Part shown: positions 36,601 through 51,200 of the stretch, piece by piece
Numbering within the stretch: the stretch's first letter is position 1
Layout: each line of letters opens with the position of its first letter
Origin: Klebsormidium nitens
Taxonomy: Eukaryota > Plantae > Klebsormidiophyceae
Assembly (NCBI GenBank): GCA_000708835.1
Contig: DF236963.1
Coordinates: 1 to 64,000, forward strand
Reading direction: 5' to 3'
DNA length: 64,000 nt
The notes under the pieces: model-generated
Database searches by the model: none
Seen by the model: only the letters and a program-made list of their open reading frames with translations
Told to the model about the DNA's origin: nothing
Program-made: the position numbers and the translations under genes

Positions 36601-39600
36601 TGCACTTATGCAATCGTCTAAATTCGCTACACTTCTGGCAAACCGAGTTCTTTGACTGCTTGCGAGAGAGTTGTGCCGTGCTTCTGTCCCCTTATCACAG
36701 ATCGCAAGGACGCTTTCAGAAGGATACCTCGATCAGGACTCAAAATGATTACCAAGTCCACCAATACTACCCCTCACATGCTCTCTGGCGCTTGCTCTTG
36801 CCAGGTGTAAGAGTCTGCTGCATTATGCAGCATCCGACCTCCAGAGCGGCTTTGTTGCCTCTGCAGTTTGACACAATTTGCATTAGCAGCATACGTCCTC
36901 TGGAGTATCGAGTGACTTCCTCAATGCGCTTTTCATGTACGAAAGTCTGGTGTGCTCCGGATAGGAACGATCGCATCATGGAAATGGATCGCACCATTCT
37001 TGCGTCCTGGTTCGCAACACTCTCTGACCTGTCTTTCGACGCCAGGTTTATGACGCTCCCTGACCTGTCCTTGTGTGCCAAGTGTGCGACTTTCTGCTGC
37101 CCTCTGTGGTGTCCGCGAGACAATCTTGCGGTACTTTTTCATGGAAGGGCAATGAAACGTACCGTTAATTCTTCATTTCGATACATAGTACTCATTTGAC
37201 CAGTCTTGTTGCGCCAGGTATACGAGTTTCTGCTGCACAAGTGGTGTCCAGCGATACAGATTCACGAGTTGTGCGTTTTTTGCTTGCAAGGGCACTGAAA
37301 CGTATCGTACATCTGTCATCTCGATCCATAGTACTCATTTGACCAGTCTTTGGACGCCAGGTGTACGAGTTTCTGCTGCGCTACGTGGTGTCCGGCGAGA
37401 CGGACGCCAAGGTGGCCAAGCGCTACATCGACCACGCGTTTGTGCTGCGGCTGTTGGACCTCTTCGACTCGGAGGACCCCCGCGAGCGTGACTACCTCAA
37501 GACCATTCTCCACCGCATCTATGGTAAAGTTCCGCCCCGTCTCGGAAGTACTTTCAGGGTCTTGGCCTAGGAATTTGAGTGACCTGCATGTGGTCAACGT
37601 TCAGCAATTTCAGGACTTTGAGATTTTCGTCCAAGAAGAGCAGTTTTGCCTCGATGCCGTCCCCTACGTCTGCCATAGCGAAGCCCACGCGCTTGTGGCG
37701 CGTTCTCTCCATAACGCTTTCCTTTGATGTTAGGGTTGTTCCAAAACATGGAAGCTCTTGTCATAGTACATTTCTTAGGCTTGCTATCGTGTTTCCAGTC
37801 AAGCCTGAGAAATGTTTCTTGGACCCATTTTTCCACTGCGCTCGCTAAGTCAACAACTCGGGAATGTTCATCTACACAACGAGCAAGCGATTTTAAGTAG
37901 AACTTGGCGCACAGATCTGACAACGTCGCAACGCAAGTCAACAGCACTCTAATGAATAGCCCTACACCCTCGCAGGCAAGTTCATGGTCCACCGGCCGTT
38001 CATCCGCAAGGCGATCAACAACATCTTCTACCGGTTCATCTTCGAGACGGAGCGGCACAACGGGATCGCGGAGCTGCTGGAGATCCTGGGCAGCATCATC
38101 AACGGGTTTGCGCTGCCGCTCAAGGAGGAGCACAAGCAGTTCCTCACGCGCGCGCTGCTGCCGCTGCACAAGCCCAAGTGCATGTCCATGTACCAGCAGC
38201 AGGTGCGGGGCTTGGGAGCTTCTGGGTTAACATGATTGTTGATGTTCTACCTTTTTCCAGTTATTATTTTCAAATGAGGAGTACGAACAGTTCCTCACGC
38301 GCGCGCTGCTGCACAAGCTAAAGTTGCATATTCATATATTTGCAGCAGGTAGGATTCATTAGGATTTTTGGATTGCTGAATCTAGGGTCAAGGGAGGGGT
38401 AGCTTAGGCATTTATTTGATCAGGGTTGATCTTCTAGCAATATAGATGTGGGTCGTCCAAAGCAGAGGACGAGCAGCGGTCGGTCTGCATCGTCCAGGTC
38501 GTGGGAAAAGTTCGGAAACTGCACATGCACACTCCCTGAAAGCGAAATCATCAAATCCAAGCCCAAAGTAAATGCAACTTTTGACCCTTGTCTGCTCAAT
38601 TGTGAATGGATGTCGTGAATCGTACTCCATCATCCAGATCTGGAAGAAACACTCAATGCTACAAACACTCCTCAAACCAATTTCCAAATTACCCAAATTA
38701 CGCCCATTTGCGCACGCAATATCTGACCCTCGTTTCCTGTGCAGCTGTCGTACTGCATCACCCAGTTCGTGGAGAAGGACCCGAAGCTGGCGGACGTGGT
38801 AATAAAGGGCCTGCTCAAGTACTGGCCCATCACGAGCAGCCAGAAGGAGGTCCTCTTCCTGAGCGAGCTGGAGGAGATCCTGGAGCTCACGCAGGCAGCA
38901 GAGTTCGCCAAGATCATGGTCCCCCTCTTCCGCCAGCTCGCGCGCTGCCTAAATAGCTCGCACTTCCAGGTGAGGAGGGAAGTTCTTCCTTGTGGGATGA
39001 ACGTTCTTCGAGTTTGAGGTTTGAAGAGAGTGGGGATCTCTATTTTTGGATTTGCTTGGCGCTTTCGGGTTTCAAAGTGCAGGCATCGGACTTGCGGACT
39101 TCCACCTCTTGCGCCAGCTTGCGCGCTGCCTAGAAGCTCGCACCTTCCAGGTAAGCGCATCCTGGGGATGGAGGTACAGTTTGGGGTTTGGAAAGAGTGG
39201 GAACTCCCACTTTCGGGTTCATTTGGCGCTTTATCGCTGCGAACCTGTCGCAGGCAGCAAGATTCTCCAAGATCATGTCCTCTTCCGCCAGCGAGCTGCC
39301 TGAACAGCTCGCATCTCTGATTGGGAGAATTTCAATAGATTTCTGACCAGCACCATCGTCTTGCCAATCGATTACCTAATAAAGCCTCACTTTATCATTA
39401 TTGAGACGAACCGTGTGGGCGTCCTTCCACTCATACGAAATCGACCAAGAGAGACACAGTGACGTTGTGATTACGCTGATTATGAGCCTGACCCCCTCCG
39501 CCTCTCGTGCCAGGTTGCGGAGCGAGCGCTGTTTTTGTGGAACAACGACTACATCGTGAGCCTGGTGGGCCAGAACCGGCAGGTCATCCTGCCGCTCATC

Positions 39601-39897
39601 TTCGGGGCGCTCGAGCGCAACGCGCGCAACCACTGGAACGCGGCCGTGCACGGGCTCACGGTGAACGTGCGGAAACTGTTCATGGAGATGGACCAGCCGC
39701 TGTACGACGAGTGCCAACGGGCGTTTGCGGAGCAGGAGGGGCGGGCCAAAGCGCAGGAGGACGCCCGGATAGAGACGTGGCGGCGGCTCGAGGAGGCCGC
39801 GAGTAGTCATAGCGCAAACGGGCCGACCCTCGGCGGCTCGCAAACGGAAGGGTCGCGGGGCGCCACGGGGCCAAATAAGCTAGGGCAGGGTGGGTAG
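33693..39897 (+). CDS. PP2A-B': Protein phosphatase 2A regulatory subunit B' (B56 family)
   Basis: Exons 33693-33868, 35542-35779, 36113-36371, 37361-37523, 37976-38202, 38745-38969 and 39514-39897. Motifs: [107 protein letters not shown]. Confidence 0.97.
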
Positions 39898-41282
39898 CGC
39901 ATGGAGAGAGCGAGGAGCGACGGCTGTTTTTCGGCAGCCGGCATAGGCATTATTGGCCAGGTGGAGCCTCGGGCGCGTGTTTCGGCCTCGACCTGCATCG
40001 TCGGTTTTCCCCACTGATCATGAGACTGCCCCGCCCGGCCGCCGGCCGCGCCTGGCTGGCGGCTGACTTGTACAGACACACTAGGGACGCTCTCTATTGT
40101 CGTAATTGGGATCGGTCGGCTGTGGCAATGACTTGCGGCAAATATCTCCTGCCGCCTCCATGTCATTATTGTGTTGGTGGGTAGGTGAGTCCCTCATGCG
40201 ATTGCTCAAACCTGTTCAGGGTCACCCTCTTGCATGGTAAATTTTGTGGTACCAAGTTAAGTTCGCCACATGGTGCAATTGCGTCGCGAGATACATCAAG
40301 AACCATGGCCGATTCATGCACTGAACATGCATCAGGCCTATCCGACTCAGTACGACACTGCTCGCATTAGCGCTCAGCTCTTGTTGTTAACCTGTGCTTA
40401 TGCCTCTGCACCATTGTCGAATTATTGGCACCTCATGCGCTGCATGCATGACCATGCCCTCATTGCATGCAGCCAAAAGTTGTATTGTATGCATATATAG
40501 CCGGGGGCCCGACTGAGCATGCAATGATGGTAACATTTCTCCTTCACCAACGCCCTTAGGCACATTAGAGCCATGGAGCACTCGGCGTCGCGGTCTCCAT
40601 GCAGCACCCGGCATAGCTTGTGTACTCGATACAGCAGGCTTGCCACGGCCGGCTGCAAGTCATGTCGACGGACTGAATACCTGACCCGGCTTTCGAGAAA
40701 ATCTAAAAAGTTAGTTGAGACCCCATATACATTATTGTTCTGAATTTCTTGCCTCTTTTCTTACTCGTGATCGATGCTTTACAAAATTTTCAATGCTTCA
40801 TATGCATGTAGAGCTTTAAGCAACTACGATGAGTTGTCTCGCAAGGCATGTACCCGGTACACATGTTTCAGAGATCCCTTGCGCATGCAGTCGAGCTTAA
40901 ATGCTCGCGCGCAGTTATAGAGTTTATATGGAGGTGCAACCGCCGCTGGCATGATGGCCGCGTGCATGTTCAGTGCAGCAGATTTGCATATGCCATAACT
41001 GCACTTATGATCGTAGAATGCCAAATCTTGATTGTATGACAAGGCTGGGTCGGGGTCGTTCAGTTCAGCCGATGCCACACAGGCATCCGAGAAGGCTTTC
41101 AAGGCCCTTCTGTCCAACCAAAGTTTGTGCCACGCAGCTCTTCCACTTGGGAGATGTGTTGCCACTGCTGGTGGCGAATCAGCAAATAACGGGCATATAC
41201 AGTACATAAATCGTCCAGTGGGTCACTACCTTTCGAAGGTCACCTGGTGAACAGATTACCTGCCGATTGTCATGCATACGTT

Positions 41283-44200
41283 CTAAGACGGGTCTGCGTC
41301 ATGCCAGCCTTCTTTGCACGGTGGAATAGCCATGAAGTCGTCGAAGTCCTTCACGTGCACGTCGCAGCAAGCCCACTGCAAAACAACGGTTGGAGCCGTC
41401 GGAAATATTCAGTAGTCTCTTTCTGTCTATCTGGAGTTCCATATTATAAGGAGACCATGGACTTAAGTGAAAAGTGGTCGCTTGCAAAGATACCGCTGTC
41501 CAAGTAGGATACTGCCAAAATAATTCACACCTCAAAGGGATTGCGTGCAGCCCAAGCTCCACTCAGGCGCATAGAAGAAAGTCCACAGTGAGCTCGAACA
41601 AATGGAAGTGCGAGGAGTGTTCGCACTCTTGCGATACGTCGCGTGTAAAAGCAAGACCGGCAGGGTAGTGACCAAACAAGTACTCTGCCGGTAAGAAGCA
41701 GATTTTGCAAACGGTATGAACTTGTATAGAGTAGGACCGCGCAAATGCGCCCCGTCATATTTGAAGCAGGAAAAAGCGAGGATATGAACCTACAGAAAGG
41801 TCAACACGATGCAAAGGACACCGCAAAAAGAGAGTCCTCACCCCTCGCATTCGGTCATGAAAAACGGCAGGCCCCGGGTGGTATTTACATGCTGCGTCGT
41901 GGTTTTCCCGCTCCGTAAACTTTTGTCCGCAGGCCTTGTGCTTGCACACCTGCGTTTCGTCTAGCCCGACGACCTTCTTTTCTTTAGGGGGGGGAGCGGT
42001 GGCGGGGGGGATGGGTGCGGGCGCTTTTGCGGGTTGTATGGATTTGGCGGTCACCCCTGAAATGGACAAAGGGAAAAAGCGCCCTTCACTACACCAACAT
42101 GTTTTGGAGTCTTCGCGAGTCGGGCCTCGACGTACGAAAAGCTGTCTTCAGACGGGTTGAACAGAAAGCCGCTGGGACTGGGCAACAAAGCCGTTGCGGG
42201 GAAGACTACAGGCCCAAGCCATACTCTGGGCATTGTGGATCCACGTTCAGCAGCCTTCGAAGTCGACTACTAACTGAGACACATGCCTGAAACCTTCGAA
42301 GCATAAGTCTCCAGTCCGCTGTTTTTTAAATCACAAAATCGAATTGCGCCTCACCCGTTCCGACAGTCTCTCTGTGTCATCCCTCCCCCTCCCCCTTCCA
42401 ATCTTTCCCATTTCTCCCACCTCCTCCCGCCTCCGTTCGTCCCCTACCCCCTCCCCCCACCCCTAAGAGCAATTCAAGGCCAGCAGAGGCACGACCAAAA
42501 CGACAGAGCAACCGCAGAGAAAGAATGTATCTGCGCATGTCCCGATCCGCTCATCGCGTTAGTTAAGTCATTTGCTCCCAGCAAGTTGTGCTCTCAAAGA
42601 CACAGCTATTGAAGCACAAACACCAAACTTCTAGAGACTTCAATTCGGCTTTGGATTTCCAGATTGCATAACGTTGAGCGAAACATTCCGACGTTTTCAA
42701 CTATCAAAGGTCGAAGCGTTCGAATCAACACCCCACCTGGTATACTCCGGTGATCTGCGCAGAAGAAGCCCTGTCTGCATCGAGGACAGTCCGCTTTCAC
42801 ACCAGCTTGAGAGCCGGCAGCAGACGTAGGGGGAAGCAGGGGCTTGTTTGGACTGGGGGCTGGTTTTGCTGGCTTTTCGGAGGAGTGCTTTCCGTTGGTA
42901 CACCTGGGCCAGTTACATAGCGCAGCTTGACTTTGTTCTGACTATCTTGTCTTCGAACCTCTTAGTACAATCGTTTTGCAACACACAGGTATGAAAGTTT
43001 TCGTTCCCTGTGCAAGATCAAGGGCAGGCTTGACAACCGACACTGCAGCAAACGAGTTGACGCCTCAGAAGACGAGAGATCTTGCTTCGAAAGGAGTTAA
43101 CTTGAGCTGCGGGGTCCAAGCTGGCAAACTAGATTAAAGAACAGGTAAAGTCAAAGAGGTGGGATCTAGCAGGCCACCCACTTCATTGAGACATAGCCGA
43201 CACAGACTCTTCACTTTGGCTGGGCAATGATGGCTACTGAACCCAGCGCACCTTCAGGCACCTTGACTCCATTTTAAGTCAATTTCTCATCACTCTGATG
43301 CAGCCAACGAGACCTACGGCGTTGAGCTCCTAGCAGGGCGAGGCTGTTTGCACCAGATGCCACTGTCAGCGCAGTACAACCAATCCCCAAAGGAAGAGCG
43401 AGTAGACACAAGAGTTAGTGTGCGCATGTATGTGGGAGCTCACCCTGGGATGCTCATGAAGAGCCCAAAATCGTGACTCCTCTGCTTGCAACAGCCCCAC
43501 TCCTTGCCACCATCATGGAAAACAGGCTGCAGCGTCCCACAGCCAGAGGATCAGCCAAAAGACTTTGCACAGCAGCCTGTTGGATCTCAAAGCACTTTTC
43601 TAGAACTGCCCCTGGACCTCCATACTAGTTGCTGACGACCTGACACAAGGCCAAAGCGATAGAGCAGTTGATGGTCATAGACTCCAGCAAAGCTGCTGAG
43701 GTCTTTTGCAAGGAGTTAGTTCATTGTAAGCCAAGTGAATTAAACGAGAGTAACTGGTTTCCTAGGCAAGAATGATGCAACTTTCACCAGTGAATAGAGA
43801 GTGATGAAGGCCCCTTTGATACGACCACTTCGCATGAATCGAGTCATTCTCAAGATATTCAATCAACCAGAAATGCATTGATGGGCAAAGGACTTACCGG
43901 CTGAAAGTGGTGGCATGATTGAAGAAAGTGGCATACAAGCGGAGGAGCACAGGGAAAAGGAGAAGAGACTCTTGTTAGCTCACTAGCAGTTCCGCTTCAC
44001 AAGCTTGACACAGATTCCATCAGCGCCAAGGCAGAAGTCGTTGCTACCAACACTTAGGAAGGAATAAGCAACATTGCAAGACTCATAATGTGATTGCCTG
44101 CTTAATTGGGACAGAAGAAGGGTCACAGAAAGATTGATTTCCATGTGGGTACTCACGCCCGGGTGGTACTTGCAGGCTCCTTCTGGATTGTTCGCCTCAG

Positions 44201-44291
44201 TGAAGTACTCATCACAACCAATGTGCTGACAGCGCGTTCTCTTCTCAGCATTCGCTGGAGCAATACCACCCTCCATCATTGCTTCCAGCAT
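41283..44291 (-). CDS. RAR1: RAR1: two CHORD zinc-binding domains with a CCCH linker and no CS domain
   Basis: Exons 44291-44157, about 43527-43443, about 42903-42738, about 42057-41842 and 41375-41283. CHORD1: [41 protein letters not shown]. Linker: CPRCRQGFFCADH. CHORD2: CKHKACGQKF..YHPGPAVFHDRMRGWACCDVHVKDFDDFMAIPPCKKGWH. Confidence 0.95.
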
Positions 44292-45220
44292 GCCCTTGAT
44301 CTTTCACGAGCCTTGGACAAGTGAACAAATATGGAATATGGTTACACTGAGCCTTTCAGCAAGCCCCCGCTTTTCAGCAAAGCTGGCAGCTATGTTTCTG
44401 GCCCTGGGCCTCATGGCCAGGGCATGAACTGAATGTACCGGTCGGTAGTTCGGTGGTAACCCGGGTGCGGAATACTTGATACTCTGCTAAGCGAGTTATC
44501 AGGTTCTGAACCGTCCGATCAACGAATAGCCTTAGATCTGACCGACAGCAATGAGGCACTTGCCATGCTGAAGGTGCCGGAAGGGGGCCCAGACAGTGCC
44601 CGGAGCACCAGGCAAAACAAGTGGTAATAGGCCCGAGCTGAATTAAACGATAAGGCAAGAAGCTGGCAATGCACACAGATGCATGTACGGTACACATATG
44701 GTCCATGCAAGAACGTACTTGGCTCAGGCGGCAGCCAGGTAGATATCATTAGGAGAATCTACTTCTCCATGAAATCTGCGTGTATGTTATCCACTTCTGC
44801 AATATCAAAATCCATGTATGACGACGCGTGTTTTGTCGGGTGATACATTGAGGGCAACTTCCGGCAGACCTCAAGCACGCTAGATCTGGGTTGGTCTATC
44901 ACATTCAGACCGCATCACGAATCTGGTCTGTGTCCCCTTCTCGTTCCATTACGCCTGCTCTTAGGGGAGAGGAGATAATGGCAATCAAGCATAGATTGGC
45001 AGCCAGCTTGCTGCTTTGGTTCTGCCATTTAGCAAGCGCAGGGATCAATTATGCACCAGCACACAAAGCAATTCAGCAACCAGCGGTCTGACCAATGCAT
45101 GCATAACAATTTTTATGCGGCTTCCATGGACAGGACTGCTTGCACGAGGCTCCCCAATTACAACAAACGTTCTTAAAACACACTGCGTGTCAGACTTCCG
45201 AAGTTGGCTATCGCGGTCAA

Positions 45221-48200
45221 CTATTCCTTCTTGATCCCGTCACCCACAGGGTCTTCCGAACTTGCTGACGCCCCACTGGCGTTCGCAATGTCATCAGTGG
45301 GCTCCCCATCATGCTTCCCCTCCGAACCCACTGATTCGACAGTTGTTTGGTGAAATTCTTCCGTTGGTGATTCCGCCTCCAACCCTTCACTTGCATTCCA
45401 TACCTCAGCCGTCTTGCCTCTTGGCACCTTAAACTCTTTTGCCACGTCGACCTCAAACCTGACACCTTGCTCCTTCAAAAGCGCTTGCACCTCCGTCAAT
45501 GTGGTCTTCAACTTGTCGAAGTCGACCTGCAATGCAGCAGGGGATACTCAGGCTTTCGAGTCCACAGGACGACAATGGTTTGATAGAAGTGCAGGGCAGC
45601 GCAGTCCCGTCGACCCCTTCCAGACCCTTCAAAAGCTCCGCACAATCCGGTTGTTGTCACCGTGCATGGTGATGACACTCACAAGCGACAGCCACGGGCA
45701 GATCACATGATTTTGTGAACATTCTTACAACAACCTCGGTGTAAAGAATCCCGGACAAACGCACTCTCGAATACCTTCCGCCGGTTCCTAGCGCCTAGCC
45801 CGATTTCAAAATCGTTGTAGAAACACACAAGCACTTACCAAAGGCCGGACAGAAGACAACGGCAGAAACTCTCTCACCTTCGTACCCCGTTTCTGGTGCA
45901 GCCACGTGGGCCATTTAGTCACCATGTCCCTACAGTGGGTGTCCCAGTTACCGTCGGTCCAGTCCGCCCCCTGCACAAGAAGAAGCAAGGAAGGATCGAA
46001 ACTCAAGGTTAGAAGATAAGCGAGGACGGACTACGACAGACATGCACTGTAAAAAGCAAGAACACAAGTCTCAGATCGCTTGCTATCTGCCACCGTAGTG
46101 GGCGACCATGGCCCCGTAACCTCTGCTCAAATAACGCCCAACAACGTCGGACGTATGCCAGGCCCTGAATGAATCGGAACCCGCAGCTGTCCTGGCGGCC
46201 AAGATTGCCTTTCCCATGACCGCAAATCACAATTGTTTTGCGGCCTTTGTTCCAAAAAGCCAGCTGACCAACTACATTGTCACTGATCGCAAGATCAAAG
46301 CCGTCCGATGGCCGCGCTAATTTTTAAATGGCTGAAAGTGCAAAATCGGCAGCGATACCAGATCTCGAGCCAGGTCAAGGCCAGCTTTGGCGTTGGCTGC
46401 GATCACAGGCGGAGCGATGCAAAGACGGGAAGGGATGAGTTACATCTCAACGCCGGGCTAAATCGGGCGCCGGCATCGAGGCGTTCCCTGTTGTCGCCTT
46501 TCAGCTCTTATCAACCAGGGCGCCCGATGAAGAAGCACTTTGATGGAAGAAAACCAGACTCGTCTGCGCTCAGAGTTTCAAGGTGTGCTCGCCCCGAGCT
46601 AGGACATCCGCCAACATTTTTTGTGGGCATTGCCGACCGCCACGGTTTCAGCTTTACGAGCGGCACTCCCATAAGAAAGACAATGAGCGAAAGGAAGACC
46701 GCAAAGAAAAGACAACAAAAAAGGGAGGGAAAAGGGAAAAAAAAGGATTGCACTCAAACGGATTGCACACAAATTGGTACTCACGGTTTCGACGTGCCCG
46801 CGACCTCGAGCCAGGACGTCCGCAGCTCTCTTGGCGTCTCCTAGCAGGACGTAGCCCTTGGCCATAACAAAGCTGACGCGCTTCGACACCGGCATGCCCC
46901 CGGCTTCCCGCCGGCGCGCCCACTTCTCGAAGAGCTTGTAATCGCCTGCAAGGAGGGGAGCGCTCAGATTAAACGGTGCAAAGCGCAAGGTATCAGGCTA
47001 ATCTTGACGCCTTTCGCCCATTATTTGTCTGAGCTTCGACCAGTTAGACCGGAATGGGCCGTGTGATGGAGCAGAGCACTCAGAAAAGGAGTGAATACTA
47101 AAAAAGTTTGAACAAGGATTGAAACTTGGTGTTCATGCACGTAAATGAACAGAATTTTACAGCCTTTGTACTGCGCGACTTTGCACCTGAAGCCTGCTCC
47201 GGCACTCAAATGCAGCCCTGAGGATGCAAGAAGAATCGGGACACCCAGACACGCCATAGAGTGCACAAAGAAGCTTCAGATGGATGAGATCATTGCACAA
47301 TTGATACTGTTGAACGGAATGTTGCAGCCGGGCGAATAACGAAGGCTTGTGTCTAGAACGTATGCGACAAAAGCACGGATGGACCTTCCCACCGTTCTGC
47401 TTTTGTCCTTTCACGTCCAAATACCTATTCAAAAAAAGGCGAAAATCTCTGAAAGAGCATCTGCTGCCCGGTGCGGAAAGTCGAAAACATAAAACAAGAC
47501 TCTTCAGGTTGATTCCAATCTTCCGATAGCAAAAACGAGAACTAAACTCAGTAGTTAGGAACCGGTGCAAAAGCTTACACACTCTGAATAAATGTTAGAA
47601 GAGCAAAGGTGCGAAAGGATTTGGCGGTATGGTACGTACCAGTGGCCGTTGCCCGGGACATGAGCTTCTCGTACCAACCGGCCCACAGTTTGATTCCGTT
47701 GAGAAAGAACTCCTCAGCGAAGCGGAAGAACTCCGGCGCGTGCTTCGGCCCCCCGCGCGTGATTGCTCTGCGTGCCGGAAAGACCGCCGTTAACCAAGGC
47801 TGCCGTGTTTTGGGTTAGCCGCCAGCTTGCCAGGCGGACGCGGTAAATTAAGGGGGCGTCGACGGACCAGATTGATGGCAGGAAGCGAAGAAACGCTATG
47901 AGCCACGCAGAGAATGATCAATACTCCGCGGAAGAGCAAACATCGTTCACTATGATATGATATGTTCGGCGCAAAGCTTCGCTGTAGCATAATCGACACT
48001 TAGTATAACGAGAAAAGAAGCGTGGATTGTAAGACAAACTGTGAATAAGGAAGCGATGCTGTGCAAGGTCCGTTCGGTCGAGCCCAGATCCCGCGTTGCA
48101 TCAGAGGATGGTTGGACTTTAGCACCCGAACCACGACCCTCCTCTCGACATGCGCAGAGAGAGCTCTAGGGCAAGCACGCCTCTAGGGCAAGCACGCCAC

Positions 48201-51200
48201 AACCTGCTCGTGCAACAACAGCCCAAAACTCACATCAGCCGCCACGTCAGCCGGCTGCTCAAGTGTTGCATAAGCCGCCACGTCATCTGGTAGCCCACTA
48301 ATCAAACGGTCAGACATGAGCAAGTCTCCAACTCCCGAAAAAGTCGAACCAACGAGTACCAACACGCACCTCATGACGAGATCCGCCGTCGTGGACTTGG
48401 GGTTGAGCCCGTTCTCCAGCAGTGTCCGGAAGACCTTCACCACCAGATCGATGTTGTTCCGCTCGCCCGCCTTGTCCTGCAGTCACAAGCACACTCCTGA
48501 TCAGCAAGCGATTACATATTTATCCTTTCTGCAAGCGTCGAAAGTCCTCTTTGTTCCAAAACCTTCCTGCTAAAATCTGTGACTTCCTCATATTGATTCG
48601 CTTCCACTTTAGGGACTGTGGTCCGCTAAGTACGCAACTCCTTCACAGTTTGAATTGACGTAAACCAGTGGCGCCGCCAACCGCAGAGTCGCTTGACCGG
48701 CCGTTCTTGGAATATCAGCCATACGTCTGGTCTGACAGAGCTCAAATTGGCTCCCTGATGGTCGACCTTGAGCTTGGGTTGCTGGCAATTTATTTCGGCC
48801 ACTTGCATGAAAGTTGAATCGTATCAAGCTGGCACCCCAGATCAGGTTCAGCCACTGGGAGGTATGCAGACCCATATCTGTTGTTTGGAAGCACTTCGCG
48901 GACTTGAGTCTGCTCTTTTGGGCCAAGCAATGCGGTTACAAACTTCAACTAGAGGTCGACGAGGACGTTTCCAGTATCCAATCGTCCTTTCGTTGAAAGG
49001 GACGAGAAGTGATGGTCGGCTTACAATGAGAACATGTGCGGCGTCCAGAGACGGTCTGAGCCCGTATGAGTTTCGGTGCTGCACCGTCACGAGGCCTGCA
49101 AAGTAAACGACAAGCGACTCAATAAAGTGGACAGAGAAAAAAAGACCTGAACAGTCATCCTCCATCCTGCCTCAGTATTTATGAGAATTTGAATCGCGTC
49201 AAAAGCAAACGCTTCTCTTCTGCCACGGAAGACACGACTTCACAACCAAAGAACCGATCCCAACCAAGTAGGAGGCGTCAGTCTGAAACATCTGCAAGCG
49301 TCAAACACAGCCGAAACGCAGCAACAGAATCAGACGGGGCTGAGTGGCCTCAGTCGAAAGATGGTGACAAATTGATCGTCATGGATGATCAGCTGCTAGC
49401 GGACGTTTTTTCCATCATTGGCCAGCCCCAAGAGAAACTTCGTCCTAGCAGGACTCATTGACAGGCACGATGCCACAGCGTGTCTCGTCGAAATCATTGC
49501 AGTTCAAGCTGCCCAGATAATAACCAGACCCGCACGTCCAATCAGCACGCATTGCAAAACAAAAAGGCGTCAGATCCAACTACTCTGAAAGCCGAAGCAG
49601 GCACTTAGAACCCGATCAGGGCAGAAACCGAACCAATAGAGGCCTGAAACTGTCTTGGATTCCATACGGTACAAGTCACACCGAGGAACATACAGAGCGA
49701 CATCAACAAGCGTCATGTGTACGATTATGATTCGTACAAAGAATCCAATTGCAGTCCTGCACCCTGAAATCCGAGTCAAAACGTTGCCGACGAGTGGCGA
49801 GGACGTGAGCCCGCCTTTATACTGAAAGATTTTCTGAAGTACGACAATGAAGCTCATTGGCCGTAAAATGTGGAGTTCCGAACTGATCTCTTGCCTTTCT
49901 CCAGTACGCCGGCCCGAGCACACGCCAACGCAACTTGGACTGACATGTGCGGGTTCAGAGGGCTCATCTGCTGCCGCAGCACCGCTCTCTGCAAAAGGCA
50001 GCAAATATATATGTAAGCGAGCCGAACAGGGTCCCTATCTAACAAAGCTTTGTCTGTTGCTTTATGGAAAAATTGAAAGCCAATCTGCTGGATTCTTAAT
50101 CATTGGTGTTGATGCGAGGAAGAGAAGAAAGTTTGACAAGTAGTTGATATCTAAACTTGAAGCAGAGCTCCGGTGGCCTCCCCCTGTCATTTAAGAACAA
50201 AGACATGCAAAGCACCCTTGCCTGCCCACAAATGTCGGCCAAAAACGGGATCGGAGGTTGTCTGAGCATATTTATATGCAATGTTCACCAGAATCAAATG
50301 TGGCAGGGAAATCAGGATTGGCCCTCTCGGGTGAAAGCACATAATCAAGAATCGCCACAACACAGGTGATGTCCATACTAATCAACAGTACGAGACAAAA
50401 CGGATCACCCCCTTACCTCGATTTTCAGCTTCTTCAGCAGCTCAAACATCTCATCGATGTGCTCCGTGCTGGAGGCACTTTCGATGAGATCCATGACTAT
50501 TCTCTTTCGGGGCAGGTCTTTAGAGCTCAGGGTCGATACAACCTCCGCCCGCGTTGCTTCGAACGCCTCCGAGCTCGGTGTCGCTGCCCCTGCAATTTGC
50601 CACATAACATGGACCAATCAGAATGTTTGCACCACTGGAATTTGCTCAATAAGCTGTCCTTATCTCAATTGCGGGGAAAAAGCAAGATCCCCTGGAAATC
50701 ACGTACTTGCTTGCAAACACTGCAACCTGAGACGGATGCCTGGCAAGCAAGTCACACGTGGCGCTAGTGAACCAAGGATCGAAAACCTATGGCGCACTTT
50801 TAGAGGCGTAAACTCCATTCCAGATGACAGGCAAGCAATGGAAAGAATACTTTGACAACTAGAACACTGCTGAGTCCAAGAAACCAACTGACAAACTGCT
50901 GATGTTGCACCATGTCACGGATGAAAACTAAGCATTGGGCGCATGTTCTAGCATGGTGCAGACGTTCCAAAAGTGCTCACCAACCTCTAATGGCACTTTC
51001 AGTATCAAATAATACTAATCCAACATACTTTAAGTGGCGAACCTGATAATGGTGGCATCACGGTAAAGGTCGGTCTGCAAGCGCCTACCAGCATTCTTTC
51101 TGGCGGGAGTAAAATCAGGTATTGGGATGGCGTCCTCATCATCCAGCCTTGCAGCGACGCCATATGTTCTGCAGGACGGTGCTCCCCTTGCAAATGCTGC

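Noticed and set aside
48165-48198. 17-bp tandem duplication (ctctagggcaagcacgc x2); similar short duplications at about 10225-10260, 5908-6050 and 62595-62700
   Set aside because: Ordinary micro-duplications not tied to splice sites.
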